A DNA stretch of 63,548 bases, the filler included, from a bacterium (GTDB taxonomy: Bacteria; JAMORN01): NCBI GenBank assembly GCA_027063545.1. It is 10 parts of 10 records of this genome, joined end to end, with 100 filler letters (N's around TTAATTAATTAA, not from the genome) between each part and the next. Parts side by side here need not be neighbours in the genome. Positions count along the whole stretch, not along the records: positions 15,240 to 22,699 come from JAMORN010000131.1; positions 22,800 to 30,256 come from JAMORN010000132.1; 8 more parts are not named here. One strand, 5' to 3'. Shown here piece after piece: positions 19,757 through 30,356 of the stretch (positions are counted from its first letter, which is position 1; each line of letters opens with the position of its first letter). The notes beneath the pieces were generated by a model that saw only the letters and a program-made list of their open reading frames with translations, was not told where the DNA came from and did not search any database. A program made the position numbers and the translations under genes.

Positions 19757-21199
19757 CTAAACACCTCCTATCTTATAAGTTTGTGTTAGTTTAAATATTA
19801 AAGTTAATATAAAAAAAGTTAATATAAAAATTAATATGGCTAACTTAACAAACTCCATATTTAGTTTTAATCTATTTAACCCCTTATAAATAAAATATAA
19901 ATTTAGATAACTATTAATAATAAATGCAATACCTGTTGCTAAAGCAATACCTCCAGTGGAGAGGATTTTATATAAAAAATAGTTTAATATTATATTCATC
20001 GACAATGAAATTGTTGATGAAAATAATACCAATTTTTGTTTTTGTAAAACATATAAAGCCCTACTAAATATAGAAGTTAATGACATTCCCAATAAAGATA
20101 ACATATAAAAATTTAAGGTAAACGAAACACTTTTTACATCGTTTAAATTAAAATTTCCTCTTTTATAAACTATTTTTACAATATCCTCTGAAAATATAAT
20201 AGTAAATATAATTATGGGTATAATAAATAAAATGTTGTATAACACACCTTTTTTTAATCTATTCAAGAAAACTCCATAATCCTCATAGCTATTTGTTAGC
20301 TCTATCATAACAACTCTATTAATAGCCAAACTAACCAATGCAAATGGTAATTGAACCAATCTAAAGCTATAATAAAGAGAAGAAATAGCACCTTCAAATA
20401 GTAAAGAAGCTAAATGTCTATCTACAACTATCGATGCTTTAGAAAAAAAAGTTTCTATTAATATGGGAAAAAATCCCAAAAATACATTTTTTTTCTCTTT
20501 GTTATATAATTCTAATTCTACTGATACTTCTATATTTTTTAATATTCTTCGATTTTTTATATTATCTTTGAAATTTTTTATTCTTTTATATGAAATAATA
20601 AAAAATAAGATACTAAATAAAGCCATAGAAAATCCTGAAAGTAAATAGCTCCATGGAAGTACATTAAAGCTTAAATATCCAATAAAAGCAATAATTGTTA
20701 ATATTAATGTTAGATTTCCAATTAATTGTAAGATAGAATATAAAAAGAATTTTTTAAAAAAAAGTAAATATGTACCAAAATAAGCATAAATAGTTATAAA
20801 TATAAGATAAAATATAACAATCTGAGAAAACCTAACCGCTAAATTAAAATTTTTTACCCCTGGAGCTATTATATTAACTATATGACCAATATTAAAAAAA
20901 AGAATTAAACTTAAAATAATACTCATCCAAAAGAATAAATTAAGAAAATAGATAAAAAATTTTTTATGATATTGGCTATCCAGACTATTGTAAATTCGGG
21001 AAAAGGCAGGTATTACTGCTCCCTCAATTACTTTTTCACCTACTATATCCCTTAGTAAATTTCCTATTGTTACAGCAACAACCCATGAATCCATTACAAC
21101 AGAAGCACCAAAATAATAGGCATATATAAGTTCTCTAAAAAAACCTGAAATTCTACTTAAGAAGGTCCCAAATATTAGCTTTAATATATTATAAATCAT
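19757..21199 (-). CDS. murJ: Lipid II flippase
   Basis: SRISGFFRE..AYYFG, RLVQLP, YKRG.F; multi-TM. Confidence 0.88.
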   Translation of the reverse strand: MIYNILKLIFGTFLSRISGFFRELIYAYYFGASVVMDSWVVAVTIGNLLRDIVGEKVIEGAVIPAFSRIYNSLDSQYHKKFFIYFLNLFFWMSIILSLILFFNIGHIVNIIAPGVKNFNLAVRFSQIVIFYLIFITIYAYFGTYLLFFKKFFLYSILQLIGNLTLILTIIAFIGYLSFNVLPWSYLLSGFSMALFSILFFIISYKRIKNFKDNIKNRRILKNIEVSVELELYNKEKKNVFLGFFPILIETFFSKASIVVDRHLASLLFEGAISSLYYSFRLVQLPFALVSLAINRVVMIELTNSYEDYGVFLNRLKKGVLYNILFIIPIIIFTIIFSEDIVKIVYKRGNFNLNDVKSVSFTLNFYMLSLLGMSLTSIFSRALYVLQKQKLVLFSSTISLSMNIILNYFLYKILSTGGIALATGIAFIINSYLNLYFIYKGLNRLKLNMEFVKLAILIFILTFFILTLIFKLTQTYKIGGV

Positions 21200-22699
21200 T
21201 ACTTATTCTTTTTTAAAAGATTATTTATATATTTATTATATAACTCTGGATGATTAAGTTTATTTTTATAATTTAATATAAAATAAATATAATTTTCATA
21301 ACTTTTTATATAAAAATCATTAACCTCAATAGAATCTTTATATACTCTTTGATAAAAACTCTTTTTTGCTACCTCTGCCTTTCTTTTCTTATCCTCGCTT
21401 TTTTTATATGAAATACCTGTTATTGTCTTTTTTAAGTTCTCCAGTAAATCTTTCTGAACCTTCAATATATTTTGTTTATTAACCATTAAATTATTTAACT
21501 TATTATAGGAATCTTGAGCCTTCTCAATTAATTGAGAAAACTGAGACTTTAAAGCAGAATTACTACTTTTTCCTATAGTCCCTTCCAATTCCTTTAATTT
21601 TTCTAAAACATCCTTTTGCATCTTTTTTATAGTTTCTATATCATTTTTTAAACTTTCAATATTTTTTCCTTTGGAAATCTGCTTTAGTATAGAATAAGTT
21701 AGAGAATTTATAAATGCCTGTTGAAGAGAAATATTTTTTAAAGTTGATAATATATCTTTTAATGATTTTTGTTTAGAACTTCCCGAAGATGATCCCTGTC
21801 CCTTAGCTTGATCTTCTATTAAATATAAAATATAAGAAAGATTATCTAACTCTCTTTTTATTAGCTTTAAATAGAAAGGAACTTTATATACAGCGAGGTT
21901 ATCTTGGACTTCTATATTTTTTATATAACTATTTATTCTATTAAAATAATCTTTTATCATATTATAAGCTCTTATATCAAAATTATCGCTCTTAACAAAA
22001 TTATAAAAGTCATTATAATAGTTTTTAAACAAGTCATAAAAAAAATCATCTTTGTTTTTTAAATACTTAGTTATTATCATACTTAAGTAAACAGGAGAAA
22101 TCCATAATCCTTGAGGTATAGAGATGCCTGAAGAACTGTTTAAGCTATTTTTATCTTTTGTTATGGATGATAATTTATTTATAGCACTATATATATTCTT
22201 TTTAAATTCTATTTCATTATTTATGTTTTTATAGGCTTTATTTAAATCAGATATTGCTTTATTTATAGAATCATTTTCTGCTTTTGAGAATTCATCTCTT
22301 GGTAAATTTTCTAAGTCTTTTATATCCTTTTTTAAAGAATTCTTTATTTCTTTTCTATTATAATTTTCTTTTTCCAATATATTCTCTAAATCTTCTTTAA
22401 TAGTATTTATCTTCTTTTTTAAAAATTCCTTCTTCAATAACTTTTTTAATCTTTTCAATTGTTTTATTGCCATATCTAAATTTTTTAATTCCTTCTTTAT
22501 ATCTAAATTATACTTCTCTAACATTTTCTTTAATCTTCTATTATCCAAATTTTTTAAAGAATCTTCTAAGTTTTTTTCAAACATACTTTTCCATTTTTTA
22601 ATTAAACTATCATTTAATAGTTCATCTAAAGCTTTAAGTTTTTCTCTTAACTCTTTATTATCTATTTGGTTATTATAATCAAACAATCTCTTTTTTATT
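21199..22699 (-). CDS. Large coiled-coil protein (DUF4175-like C-terminal region), 5' truncated
   Basis: Frame open to the contig edge; helical K/E/Q-rich sequence. Confidence 0.6.
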
Positions 22700-22799
22700 N
22701 NNNNNNNNNNNNNNNNNNNNNNNNNNNNNNNNNNNNNNNNNNNTTAATTAATTAANNNNNNNNNNNNNNNNNNNNNNNNNNNNNNNNNNNNNNNNNNNN
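22700..22799. other. Artificial contig linker
   Basis: N run with TTAATTAATTAA. Confidence 0.99.
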
Positions 22800-22800
22800 G

Positions 22801-23097
22801 ATAGATAAAGGCTTAGAAAATGAAGTAAGATTTCTTTTTTCTAAATATAAAGATTTTAATAAATATAATGTTTTAAATACAGTAGGGTATAAAGAATGGG
22901 TAAAATATTTTGAAGGAAATAAAGCTAAAGATAAAGTAATAAAGGAAATTATAAGAAACACTAAGAAATTTGCGAAAAAACAAAATACATTTTTTAATAA
23001 TAAATTTACGAACAAAATCGAGATAAAATATAGGGATATAAATTATGCTATAGAAGCACTATTCTATCACCTTCAACAGCATTCATTATTTTATTAG
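22801..23097 (+). CDS. miaA: tRNA dimethylallyltransferase, C-terminal fragment (not in ORF track)
   Basis: Manual translation IDKGLENEV...TVGYKEW...NTKKFAKKQNTFF matches the MiaA GL..EV, IGYKE and T..YAKRQ.TWF motifs. Confidence 0.85.
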   Translation: MDKGLENEVRFLFSKYKDFNKYNVLNTVGYKEWVKYFEGNKAKDKVIKEIIRNTKKFAKKQNTFFNNKFTNKIEIKYRDINYAIEALFYHLQQHSLFY

Positions 23098-24031
23098 GAT
23101 ATTTAAAGTTCTGAGTAGATGCGTATAATTTTGTTCTTAAAAGATTTTTCCATAAAGTAGAATCAGAATTATCTGGTTCATGATGGAATAAAACAAGTTG
23201 AGGTATATCAAACTCGTGACATATTTCTACTCCTATTATACTAGTAGAATGACCCCATCCTATTTTACCAATAGGTGAAAATGAACTTTCCATAAATGTA
23301 AACATAGCATCAAATATTAAAAGATCTGTATCTTCAAAGAACCATCTATTTTTTTCTATATAATCTTTTATTACTCTGTGATCAATCTCTGTATCTGTCA
23401 TATAAATAAAAGATTTTCCTTCAAATTTAAATTTGTATGCAAAGGATTGTCCAGGATGTATGTTTTCAGTATAAAATATTTCTATATCATTTATTTTTAT
23501 TGGGTTATTTAAAACATGAAATTTAATTTTAGCTGATAGCTCTTTAAAGGTTAAAGGAAAATATCTTGTATCAAATATATCTGCAATTCTTTTTTTTATA
23601 TCTTTGAATGGAGAATAAATATGTATTGTATAACCTTTACTGAATATAGGGAAGAAAGATGTTAACCCTATTATATGATCATAATGAGTGTGGGAGATAA
23701 AAATATGTATTTCATTTAGATTTGGAGTTGTGAGAATATTATCACCTATATTTTTTATACCTGTTCCTGCATCCAATATAATAGAGATATTTTCATAGGG
23801 ATGGATAAGCTCTATTGCTGGCGTATTGACACCTATCATTTTTGAATTTTCAGGATTGGAATATATAAGTTGATATAACTCTTCTTTTGTTCTTTTTTCT
23901 GGGTGTTGAGCGATAATATCAATAATAGCATTTATTTTATTTTGATATTCTCTATTGATATTTCCCCCTGCAATAGTGCCTACAACCCCATAAAACTCAA
24001 CACCAAAAACACCATTTTCAAAAATTTCCAT
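23048..24031 (-). CDS. MBL-fold metallo-hydrolase (RNase Z/phosphodiesterase-like)
   Basis: LDAGTG, SHTHYDHIIG, HPG, TDTE, GWGHS, FHHEP. Confidence 0.88.
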   Translation of the reverse strand: MEIFENGVFGVEFYGVVGTIAGGNINREYQNKINAIIDIIAQHPEKRTKEELYQLIYSNPENSKMIGVNTPAIELIHPYENISIILDAGTGIKNIGDNILTTPNLNEIHIFISHTHYDHIIGLTSFFPIFSKGYTIHIYSPFKDIKKRIADIFDTRYFPLTFKELSAKIKFHVLNNPIKINDIEIFYTENIHPGQSFAYKFKFEGKSFIYMTDTEIDHRVIKDYIEKNRWFFEDTDLLIFDAMFTFMESSFSPIGKIGWGHSTSIIGVEICHEFDIPQLVLFHHEPDNSDSTLWKNLLRTKLYASTQNFKYPNKIMNAVEGDRIVLL

Positions 24032-24046
24032 CTCTCTCTCTCTCTC
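24031..24046. repeat. (TC)8/(GA)8 dinucleotide tract abutting the MBL start codon
   Basis: TCTCTCTCTCTCTCTC seen directly. Confidence 0.9.
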
Positions 24047-24137
24047 ATAATAATACTTTTTTATAATGTTCTTATTATATATATTAAAAATTTAAAATAA
24101 TTTATACTATTTTGACAAGTATAAAACTACCAAAAAT

Positions 24138-25304
24138 CTAAAAATTTTTGATGTTTTTAAAACTATTTAATCTATCAATAGCCTCTTTAATATCATTAAT
24201 ATGAGGCATTCCATACTCATATAGTATTGCCTTAGCAAGAGCAATAGCTATTATATTTTCCCCGACAACACTAGCAGCTTCAATAGCACATACATCTGAA
24301 CGCTCTTTATGCGCTTTTGTCATTTTCTTTGTTTTTAAATCTATAGTATCTAAAGGTTGCATTAGAGTAGGTATAGGTTTCATTGTAATTTTTATTCTTA
24401 TTACTTCAGAATTGGATATTCCTCCTTCTATACCACCCGCATTATTTGTTTTTCTATATATTCTCCCATTTTCCTCTATATATATTTGATCATGAACCTG
24501 ACTTCCATAATATTTAGAAGTTTCGGAGCCTAATCCAATTTCCATAGATTTAAATGCTTGAGTACCAAATACTTCTGACGCGATAAAATGAGTGAGTCTT
24601 CTATAATATTCTGAATAACTTCCTATTCCTGGAGGAAAATTGTAGATTCTAACTTCAAAACTCCCACCTATAGTATCTTTTTTTTCTTTGGTTTTTAAAA
24701 TAATATCCTTCATTTTTTCGCCAATTTCTTTATATGGAGCTCTAACAGGATTTTTATCTATTTCTTCATTACTTAATATTTGGTTTATTTCTTCAGGATT
24801 TATGTAGGCATTTCCTACTCTATATACAAATGAAGATATTTTTATATTAAAGTATTCTAAAAATTGTTTAGAAATAGCTCCTATTGCAACCCTAGTAGCA
24901 GTATTTCTTGCTGAACTTCTTTCGATTACATTTCTTATATTTATATCTCTATTTCTAATAGCCCCGCCTAAATCAGCATGTCCTGGTCTTGCAATATATA
25001 CTTCTTTAGAATCATCCACTGGTGGAGAAAATGGAGACATGTAATTTTGCCAGTTTTCCCAATCTTTATTTTTTATAATAATTCCTATTGGGGTTCCTAA
25101 TGTTATAGAATTTCTAACACCAGAGACAATAATAGCCCTATCTTTTTCTATTTTCATTCTTCCACCACGTCCTACACCTATTTGTCTTCTTTCTAATTCT
25201 TTATTAATATTTTCTAAAGATAACTTTAGTCCGTATGGAAGTCCTTCAACAATAGCTAAAAGCATTTCTCCATGAGATTCTCCAGCAGTTAAATAGTTAA
25301 GCAT
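24138..25304 (-). CDS. aroC: Chorismate synthase
   Basis: TAGESHG, RPGHAD, ERSSAR, NNAGGIEGGI, MKPIPTL, ERSDVC. Confidence 0.97.
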   Translation of the reverse strand: MLNYLTAGESHGEMLLAIVEGLPYGLKLSLENINKELERRQIGVGRGGRMKIEKDRAIIVSGVRNSITLGTPIGIIIKNKDWENWQNYMSPFSPPVDDSKEVYIARPGHADLGGAIRNRDINIRNVIERSSARNTATRVAIGAISKQFLEYFNIKISSFVYRVGNAYINPEEINQILSNEEIDKNPVRAPYKEIGEKMKDIILKTKEKKDTIGGSFEVRIYNFPPGIGSYSEYYRRLTHFIASEVFGTQAFKSMEIGLGSETSKYYGSQVHDQIYIEENGRIYRKTNNAGGIEGGISNSEVIRIKITMKPIPTLMQPLDTIDLKTKKMTKAHKERSDVCAIEAASVVGENIIAIALAKAILYEYGMPHINDIKEAIDRLNSFKNIKNF

Positions 25305-25306
25305 TT

Positions 25307-26161
25307 TTACTCCTTATCTAGATATTTTTCTAATTCTTTTTTTACTTCATCTATAGGAAGCTCTTTCCCTGTCCATATATTAAAAGCTTTTTCTGCTTGA
25401 TATATTAGCATATCAATTCCATATATAAAGGTTGCATTCTTTTCTTTAGCATATTTTATTAATAAAGTATTTAGAGGAGAGTATACTATATCATAAACAA
25501 TATGACTAGAGTTGATTAGTTCTTTATTTATAATAGACATATCCTTTTGATTTCCCATACCTACAGATGTTGCATTAACTAAAATGTTAAATTCATTTTC
25601 TTTTATTTTTGCTTTAAATTCTTTAGAATTAAGGTCTATTATCTCAATAGAATAGTTAAATTTATTTTTAATCTCATTTTTTAGATTGAGTAATTTTTCT
25701 TTATTTCTTCCAGCAATTGCAACTTTAGGATGTTTATCAATACCTATAAGCCCATTAACAATCGCTTTTGCAGCTCCACCTGTACCTATTATTAAAATAG
25801 AAAATTCTTTATAATTTATATTTTTTATTGTTAGAGCTTTAATAAAACCATAATAATCGGTTGAATATCCTATTAATTTAGAATTATCGTTTTTTATTGT
25901 ATTTACACTATTAAATATAGATATCTCCTCAGATAGTACATCCAGATATTTTATTACATTAATTTTATGAGGAATAGTAATATTTACTCCTAAAATTCCA
26001 AGAGCTTTAATTCCTTTTATAGCTTCTTCTAATTTTTCAGGGGGAGTTTCAAATATTCCATATACAGCATTTATATTATGATATTTAAATCCTATGTTAT
26101 GTATTATTGGTGATAAGGAATGAGAAATAGGATATCCTATTACTCCATATACTCTTTTCAT
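25307..26161 (-). CDS. aroE: Shikimate dehydrogenase
   Basis: HSLSP, NITIPHK, SVNT, TD..G, GTGGAA, NATSVGM, DIVYSP. Confidence 0.95.
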   Translation of the reverse strand: MKRVYGVIGYPISHSLSPIIHNIGFKYHNINAVYGIFETPPEKLEEAIKGIKALGILGVNITIPHKINVIKYLDVLSEEISIFNSVNTIKNDNSKLIGYSTDYYGFIKALTIKNINYKEFSILIIGTGGAAKAIVNGLIGIDKHPKVAIAGRNKEKLLNLKNEIKNKFNYSIEIIDLNSKEFKAKIKENEFNILVNATSVGMGNQKDMSIINKELINSSHIVYDIVYSPLNTLLIKYAKEKNATFIYGIDMLIYQAEKAFNIWTGKELPIDEVKKELEKYLDKE

Positions 26162-26203
26162 ATTTTTTTACTCTTTTGATATTATTTATTATTTTTAGAT
26201 AGT

Positions 26204-27130
26204 ATGAAAAATAAAATAGAAATAGAAATAACTCAACATAATTTTTATAAAAGATTGGATAAGGTATTAAGAAAATCTTTATCTCAAGTTCCATTATCAA
26301 AGATATATTACATAATTAGAAAGGGACATGTTTCTATAAATGGGAAAATTGTAAGACAACATAATTATAATCTTCATATTGGAGATATAATAGAAATTGA
26401 TACCAATGAAATAGAAAGTTTTTTACTTCAAGATACTAAAGATGATGGACTAAAGCCTGTTAAAATGGATATAAATGTAATATATGAGGATGAATATATA
26501 TTAGCCATAAATAAGCCTTCGGGAATATCTGTTCATCCCGGTAAGGATACTAAAGATTATTCAATCTTAAATTTCCTACTTTATTTAGGTGAGAAAAAAA
26601 AGTTTACCCCTCATCTTGTTCATAGACTGGATAAGTATACTTCTGGTGTATTATTAGTTGCTAAAAATAAGGATATGGCAAGAAGATTATCTGATATGTT
26701 TTCTGGAAAAAAGATTAAGAAAAAGTATAACGCTTTAGTATGGGGAGAGGCTAAGGAAAACTTTAGGATAAGTATTCCTTTAGACAATACAAATGCTATA
26801 ACAAATTACACCTTAATAAAAAGATTAAAATATAGAGGATTTGATCTTTCATATCTTGAGGTAGAAATATTAACAGGTAAAAAACATCAAATAAGGCGGC
26901 ATTTATCTATGGTTGGTCTTCCTATTGTTGGTGATGATAAATATGGAGATTGGAATAAAAATAAAATTTTTAAAAAGGATTTTAAAAAGTTTAAAGGGTA
27001 TTTCCTCCATTGTAGAGATATAAGTTTTATTCATCCTGTATACAAAGAGGAGTTTTTAATAGAGGCTTCTATGGAGATTGAAAAAAGGGATATCTTAGCA
27101 AAACTTTATAAGTTATCTTCAAATAAATAG
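26204..27130 (+). CDS. RluA-family pseudouridine synthase with S4 domain (RluC-like)
   Basis: RLDK S4 domain, NKPSG, VHRLDK.TSG, TGKKHQIR.H, PIVGD.KYG. Confidence 0.92.
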   Translation: MKNKIEIEITQHNFYKRLDKVLRKSLSQVPLSKIYYIIRKGHVSINGKIVRQHNYNLHIGDIIEIDTNEIESFLLQDTKDDGLKPVKMDINVIYEDEYILAINKPSGISVHPGKDTKDYSILNFLLYLGEKKKFTPHLVHRLDKYTSGVLLVAKNKDMARRLSDMFSGKKIKKKYNALVWGEAKENFRISIPLDNTNAITNYTLIKRLKYRGFDLSYLEVEILTGKKHQIRRHLSMVGLPIVGDDKYGDWNKNKIFKKDFKKFKGYFLHCRDISFIHPVYKEEFLIEASMEIEKRDILAKLYKLSSNK

Positions 27131-28542
27131 GGTTGAAGTTTTTTAAGTTTTTGTAAAAAAAGTTTTACCAAATTAGGATTTTTTATAAGTTCAGAGTAAT
27201 TAGTAAATATAAATAAATACAATTTATAAAAATCAGCAATATATGGATATTTTTTAATGTATTCTTCTAATAAAGATATAGCTTCTTGTACTTCCCCATT
27301 ATAAATTAAAAGTTCAATATATCTTTTTATTAGATTAATAGAGAATATATTTTTTTCAAATATAGCTTCTTTTATTTTTTCTAAATTATTGTAATATTTT
27401 TTTAAAATAAATAAAGGATGATTAAATTCTTTTTTTACTTCTATCTTGCCTATTAAAAATTCATATAGTTGTGGAAATTCTGAACTTTTATCTATCCAAA
27501 TTAGCTCACCTCTTCCTTTAGTAATTTTTTTATTAATAAATTTTTGATAAAACTCAATTCTTTTATAAGAGTTTAATTTTTCAATTCTGGAATTTTTTAC
27601 ATAATTATAAAATTTTTTAAGAAATACTTCTATTTGCTGAGGATTATTTATAAAAAATTCAATTTTTTCTTTTAATTCGTGTTTATTATTGTATAGAATA
27701 CAATTTTCCTTAATTAAAGAATAAGGCCCAAAATTAGAGCAAATAGGTAATACACTATTAGCTACATATTCTAAATATTTTATATCACTTCGTGTATAAT
27801 TAAAGTTATCTTTTTTGATTGTGCATATTCCTATATGAAGTTTTTTCAAAAAATTATAATAAGAATCAAGACTTCCAAATTCTTCCCATATGAATTTTTT
27901 TTCAGGAAGTTTTGAGGAGAATATCTCTTTAATTTTTCTATCACTTTTTATAGCTAAATAAACATTTTCATATTTATTTACTAGCTCTATTAATATATCA
28001 GAAATTTCTTTTATGTCCTCATAATGTCCCGAAGATCCACCCCAGCCTATATATATTTTTTCAGATTTTTTTATTTTTAAAGGAGATATACTTTCAATAT
28101 TATTAGGAAATATAGCAATATTTTTATTCTTGATATTTAATTTTTCTATAAGTAGAGGAGTAGTAAGAGTTATTCCATCAGCATATGATATAATTTGATA
28201 CATTAATGCTTGATTATTTTTATCTGAGTAGAATTCATACATCGGATTTGATGGTTGAAAGCTTAAAAAATTATCATTTATTTCATATATAACTTTAATA
28301 CCTTTTTCCTTCACAAATTCTATTATAGGTAGAATATCATTATCACACACAAAATTTATAATAAAAAGATCTGTATCTTTCACAATTTCTAATTTATTTT
28401 CATATAGATTTATGATATTATACCATTTAATATTATATTGTTGAGTAATTTCTTTGGCAGGTAAGTGAATTCTATAATAGAAATCAGCAGATGTAGAAGG
28501 TTGATTATTGTATATCTGAACTATTTTTACATTATTATCCAT
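27106..28542 (-). CDS. Putative GT-B glycosyltransferase with helical C-terminus
   Basis: YYRI..P, YEINDN, IGWGGSSGH..D, FN..RSDIKYLEY. Confidence 0.7.
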   Translation of the reverse strand: MDNNVKIVQIYNNQPSTSADFYYRIHLPAKEITQQYNIKWYNIINLYENKLEIVKDTDLFIINFVCDNDILPIIEFVKEKGIKVIYEINDNFLSFQPSNPMYEFYSDKNNQALMYQIISYADGITLTTPLLIEKLNIKNKNIAIFPNNIESISPLKIKKSEKIYIGWGGSSGHYEDIKEISDILIELVNKYENVYLAIKSDRKIKEIFSSKLPEKKFIWEEFGSLDSYYNFLKKLHIGICTIKKDNFNYTRSDIKYLEYVANSVLPICSNFGPYSLIKENCILYNNKHELKEKIEFFINNPQQIEVFLKKFYNYVKNSRIEKLNSYKRIEFYQKFINKKITKGRGELIWIDKSSEFPQLYEFLIGKIEVKKEFNHPLFILKKYYNNLEKIKEAIFEKNIFSINLIKRYIELLIYNGEVQEAISLLEEYIKKYPYIADFYKLYLFIFTNYSELIKNPNLVKLFLQKLKKLQPYLFEDNL

Positions 28543-29563
28543 TTTGAAGCAGCTTCTTAACCAACTCTTTATATTCGTTATATATTACATACTTTTTATT
28601 AATGCCTAATTTTTCTATTTGCTTTATATAATTTAAAGCTTTTTGTTTATTTCCTCGTTGATAGTATATAGATGCTAGACGATACAAGATAAATATTTTT
28701 CTATTTTTAGTGATGTTATAGCTACGTTTTTTATAAATATTTAGGACCTTATTATATAAATTTTCAGCAAATTCTAATTTACCATTTGCAAAGTAAGCTT
28801 CTGCAGTTGGTAATATAAAAATAGAAGAATTAGAATATTCTTTATATTTTCTTCTTGCTATTTTTAATGCCTCATCTTTTCTGTTTTCATCTAATAATAT
28901 ATTTATAAGGTATAAAGCTGACAAGTCATTAATAAATTCTCCTTTTCTATAGCTAATATACATCTCTTCAATCCCTTTATCAGAGTCGTTATACATAGCA
29001 CTTGGAATATACCAAACGTTTTTAGCTAGTTTACTAGCAGAGTAATCAAATAACCCTATCCCAAAATAAGCATCATATAAATCACTTTTTATTTTTAAAG
29101 ATTTTTTTAAAATATTAACTCCACTATTTCCATATCTATAAGCAGATAAAAGATTATTATTTTTTAAATAGGTTATTCCTATAAATCCTTTAGCTCCTCC
29201 TATAACAAATAGTAAATAAGGATCATTTTTATTTTTAGAATATTGTTTTTCACCAACTTTTATAGCATCTTTAGATAATTCTATAATTTTATTATCCCAA
29301 AGATTTACATTATATTCTATAGCTTTTAAATAATAGACAATTGCTACCATCAAATAGCCAACAGGATTTTCAGGATATTTTTGTATAAGTTTTTTAAATT
29401 CATTTTCAGCTATTTTATAATTACCATGAAATAAAATTTTTAAATTTCTTTTTATATCAGGTAATAACTCATAAAATTGACTTTCTGTAGAGGAGTATGA
29501 TATAAAAAAAGATAATAAAATTATAAAGATACTATAAATTATTATCTTTTTCATAATCCCCAA
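28535..29563 (-). CDS. Exported TPR-repeat protein
   Basis: Signal peptide; TPR-like helices (DAYFGIG, YRLA.IY...G). Confidence 0.75.
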   Translation of the reverse strand: MGIMKKIIIYSIFIILLSFFISYSSTESQFYELLPDIKRNLKILFHGNYKIAENEFKKLIQKYPENPVGYLMVAIVYYLKAIEYNVNLWDNKIIELSKDAIKVGEKQYSKNKNDPYLLFVIGGAKGFIGITYLKNNNLLSAYRYGNSGVNILKKSLKIKSDLYDAYFGIGLFDYSASKLAKNVWYIPSAMYNDSDKGIEEMYISYRKGEFINDLSALYLINILLDENRKDEALKIARRKYKEYSNSSIFILPTAEAYFANGKLEFAENLYNKVLNIYKKRSYNITKNRKIFILYRLASIYYQRGNKQKALNYIKQIEKLGINKKYVIYNEYKELVKKLLQNG

Positions 29564-29570
29564 AAAATTA

Positions 29571-29957
29571 TTAGTCTAAGTTAAATTCTTTCTTTAAAAT
29601 ATTTGCAATTCTAGGAGAAATATTTTCTAAAAATTCAATAATTTCATTTTTTGTATATATAATAATCTTTACCTTTTCTTCCTTTAATATATCAGGATTT
29701 TTATGGGATTCAAAGTTTTCCTGAGCTTCCTTTATCATTTTAAATGTTTTTTCATGCATTGATATAAGAAACTTTTGAGATTCTTTAATAACTTTGTCTT
29801 TATCTTCTATTTCATCTATGTATTCATTAAGCAATTCTATAACTCTTTTAGAGAAAATTTTTATATGTTTATTTAAATGATAATCATCTAAATCTTCAAG
29901 TTGAACTTCTTGAATTAAATTATTTATTGCTTTTTTTATATCATGTTCCGTATTCAT
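29571..29957 (-). CDS. Hypothetical protein
   Basis: 128-aa helical ORF with RBS, co-oriented with its neighbours. Confidence 0.65.
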   Translation of the reverse strand: MNTEHDIKKAINNLIQEVQLEDLDDYHLNKHIKIFSKRVIELLNEYIDEIEDKDKVIKESQKFLISMHEKTFKMIKEAQENFESHKNPDILKEEKVKIIIYTKNEIIEFLENISPRIANILKKEFNLD

Positions 29958-30001
29958 ACGTTTCTTCCTTGTTTTCTATTATTATATAAAAAAAATATAA
30001 T

Positions 30002-30256
30002 TTATTCAATAATTATTTTAAATCTATTTTTATCTACCCTATCGGCTTTTACAGCTTTTAGATATAATATATATATTCCTTTTCCCAATATTTTGTTTAT
30101 AGATAAATCACTATTTTTAATCTCTAAGCTATTTTGTCCTAATTTTAAAGAATTTTTGTATAATTTTTTATCGAATATTTTTTTTCCTTTACTATTATAT
30201 AGATATATATCAACATGATCGGGTATTTCAGTTAGAGAGAAAAATACTTTAATAGG
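30002..30256 (-). CDS. C-terminal fragment with T9SS-CTD/FlgD-Ig-like domain (not in ORF track)
   Basis: Manual translation ...VDIYLYNSKGKKI...LGKGIYILYLKA...FKIIIE* fits the IYN..G.. / L..GIY.. / K... pattern. Confidence 0.6.
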   Translation of the reverse strand, partial: PIKVFFSLTEIPDHVDIYLYNSKGKKIFDKKLYKNSLKLGQNSLEIKNSDLSINKILGKGIYILYLKAVKADRVDKNRFKIIIE

Positions 30257-30356
30257 NNNNNNNNNNNNNNNNNNNNNNNNNNNNNNNNNNNNNNNNNNNN
30301 TTAATTAATTAANNNNNNNNNNNNNNNNNNNNNNNNNNNNNNNNNNNNNNNNNNNN
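30257..30356. other. Artificial contig linker
   Basis: N run with TTAATTAATTAA. Confidence 0.99.

Noticed and set aside
22752-23015. Minus-strand 87-aa ORF from the track
   Set aside because: The plus strand encodes the recognisable MiaA C-terminus.
29943-30218. Plus-strand 91-aa ORF from the track
   Set aside because: The minus-strand frame gives a better protein-like CTD fragment co-oriented with its neighbours.
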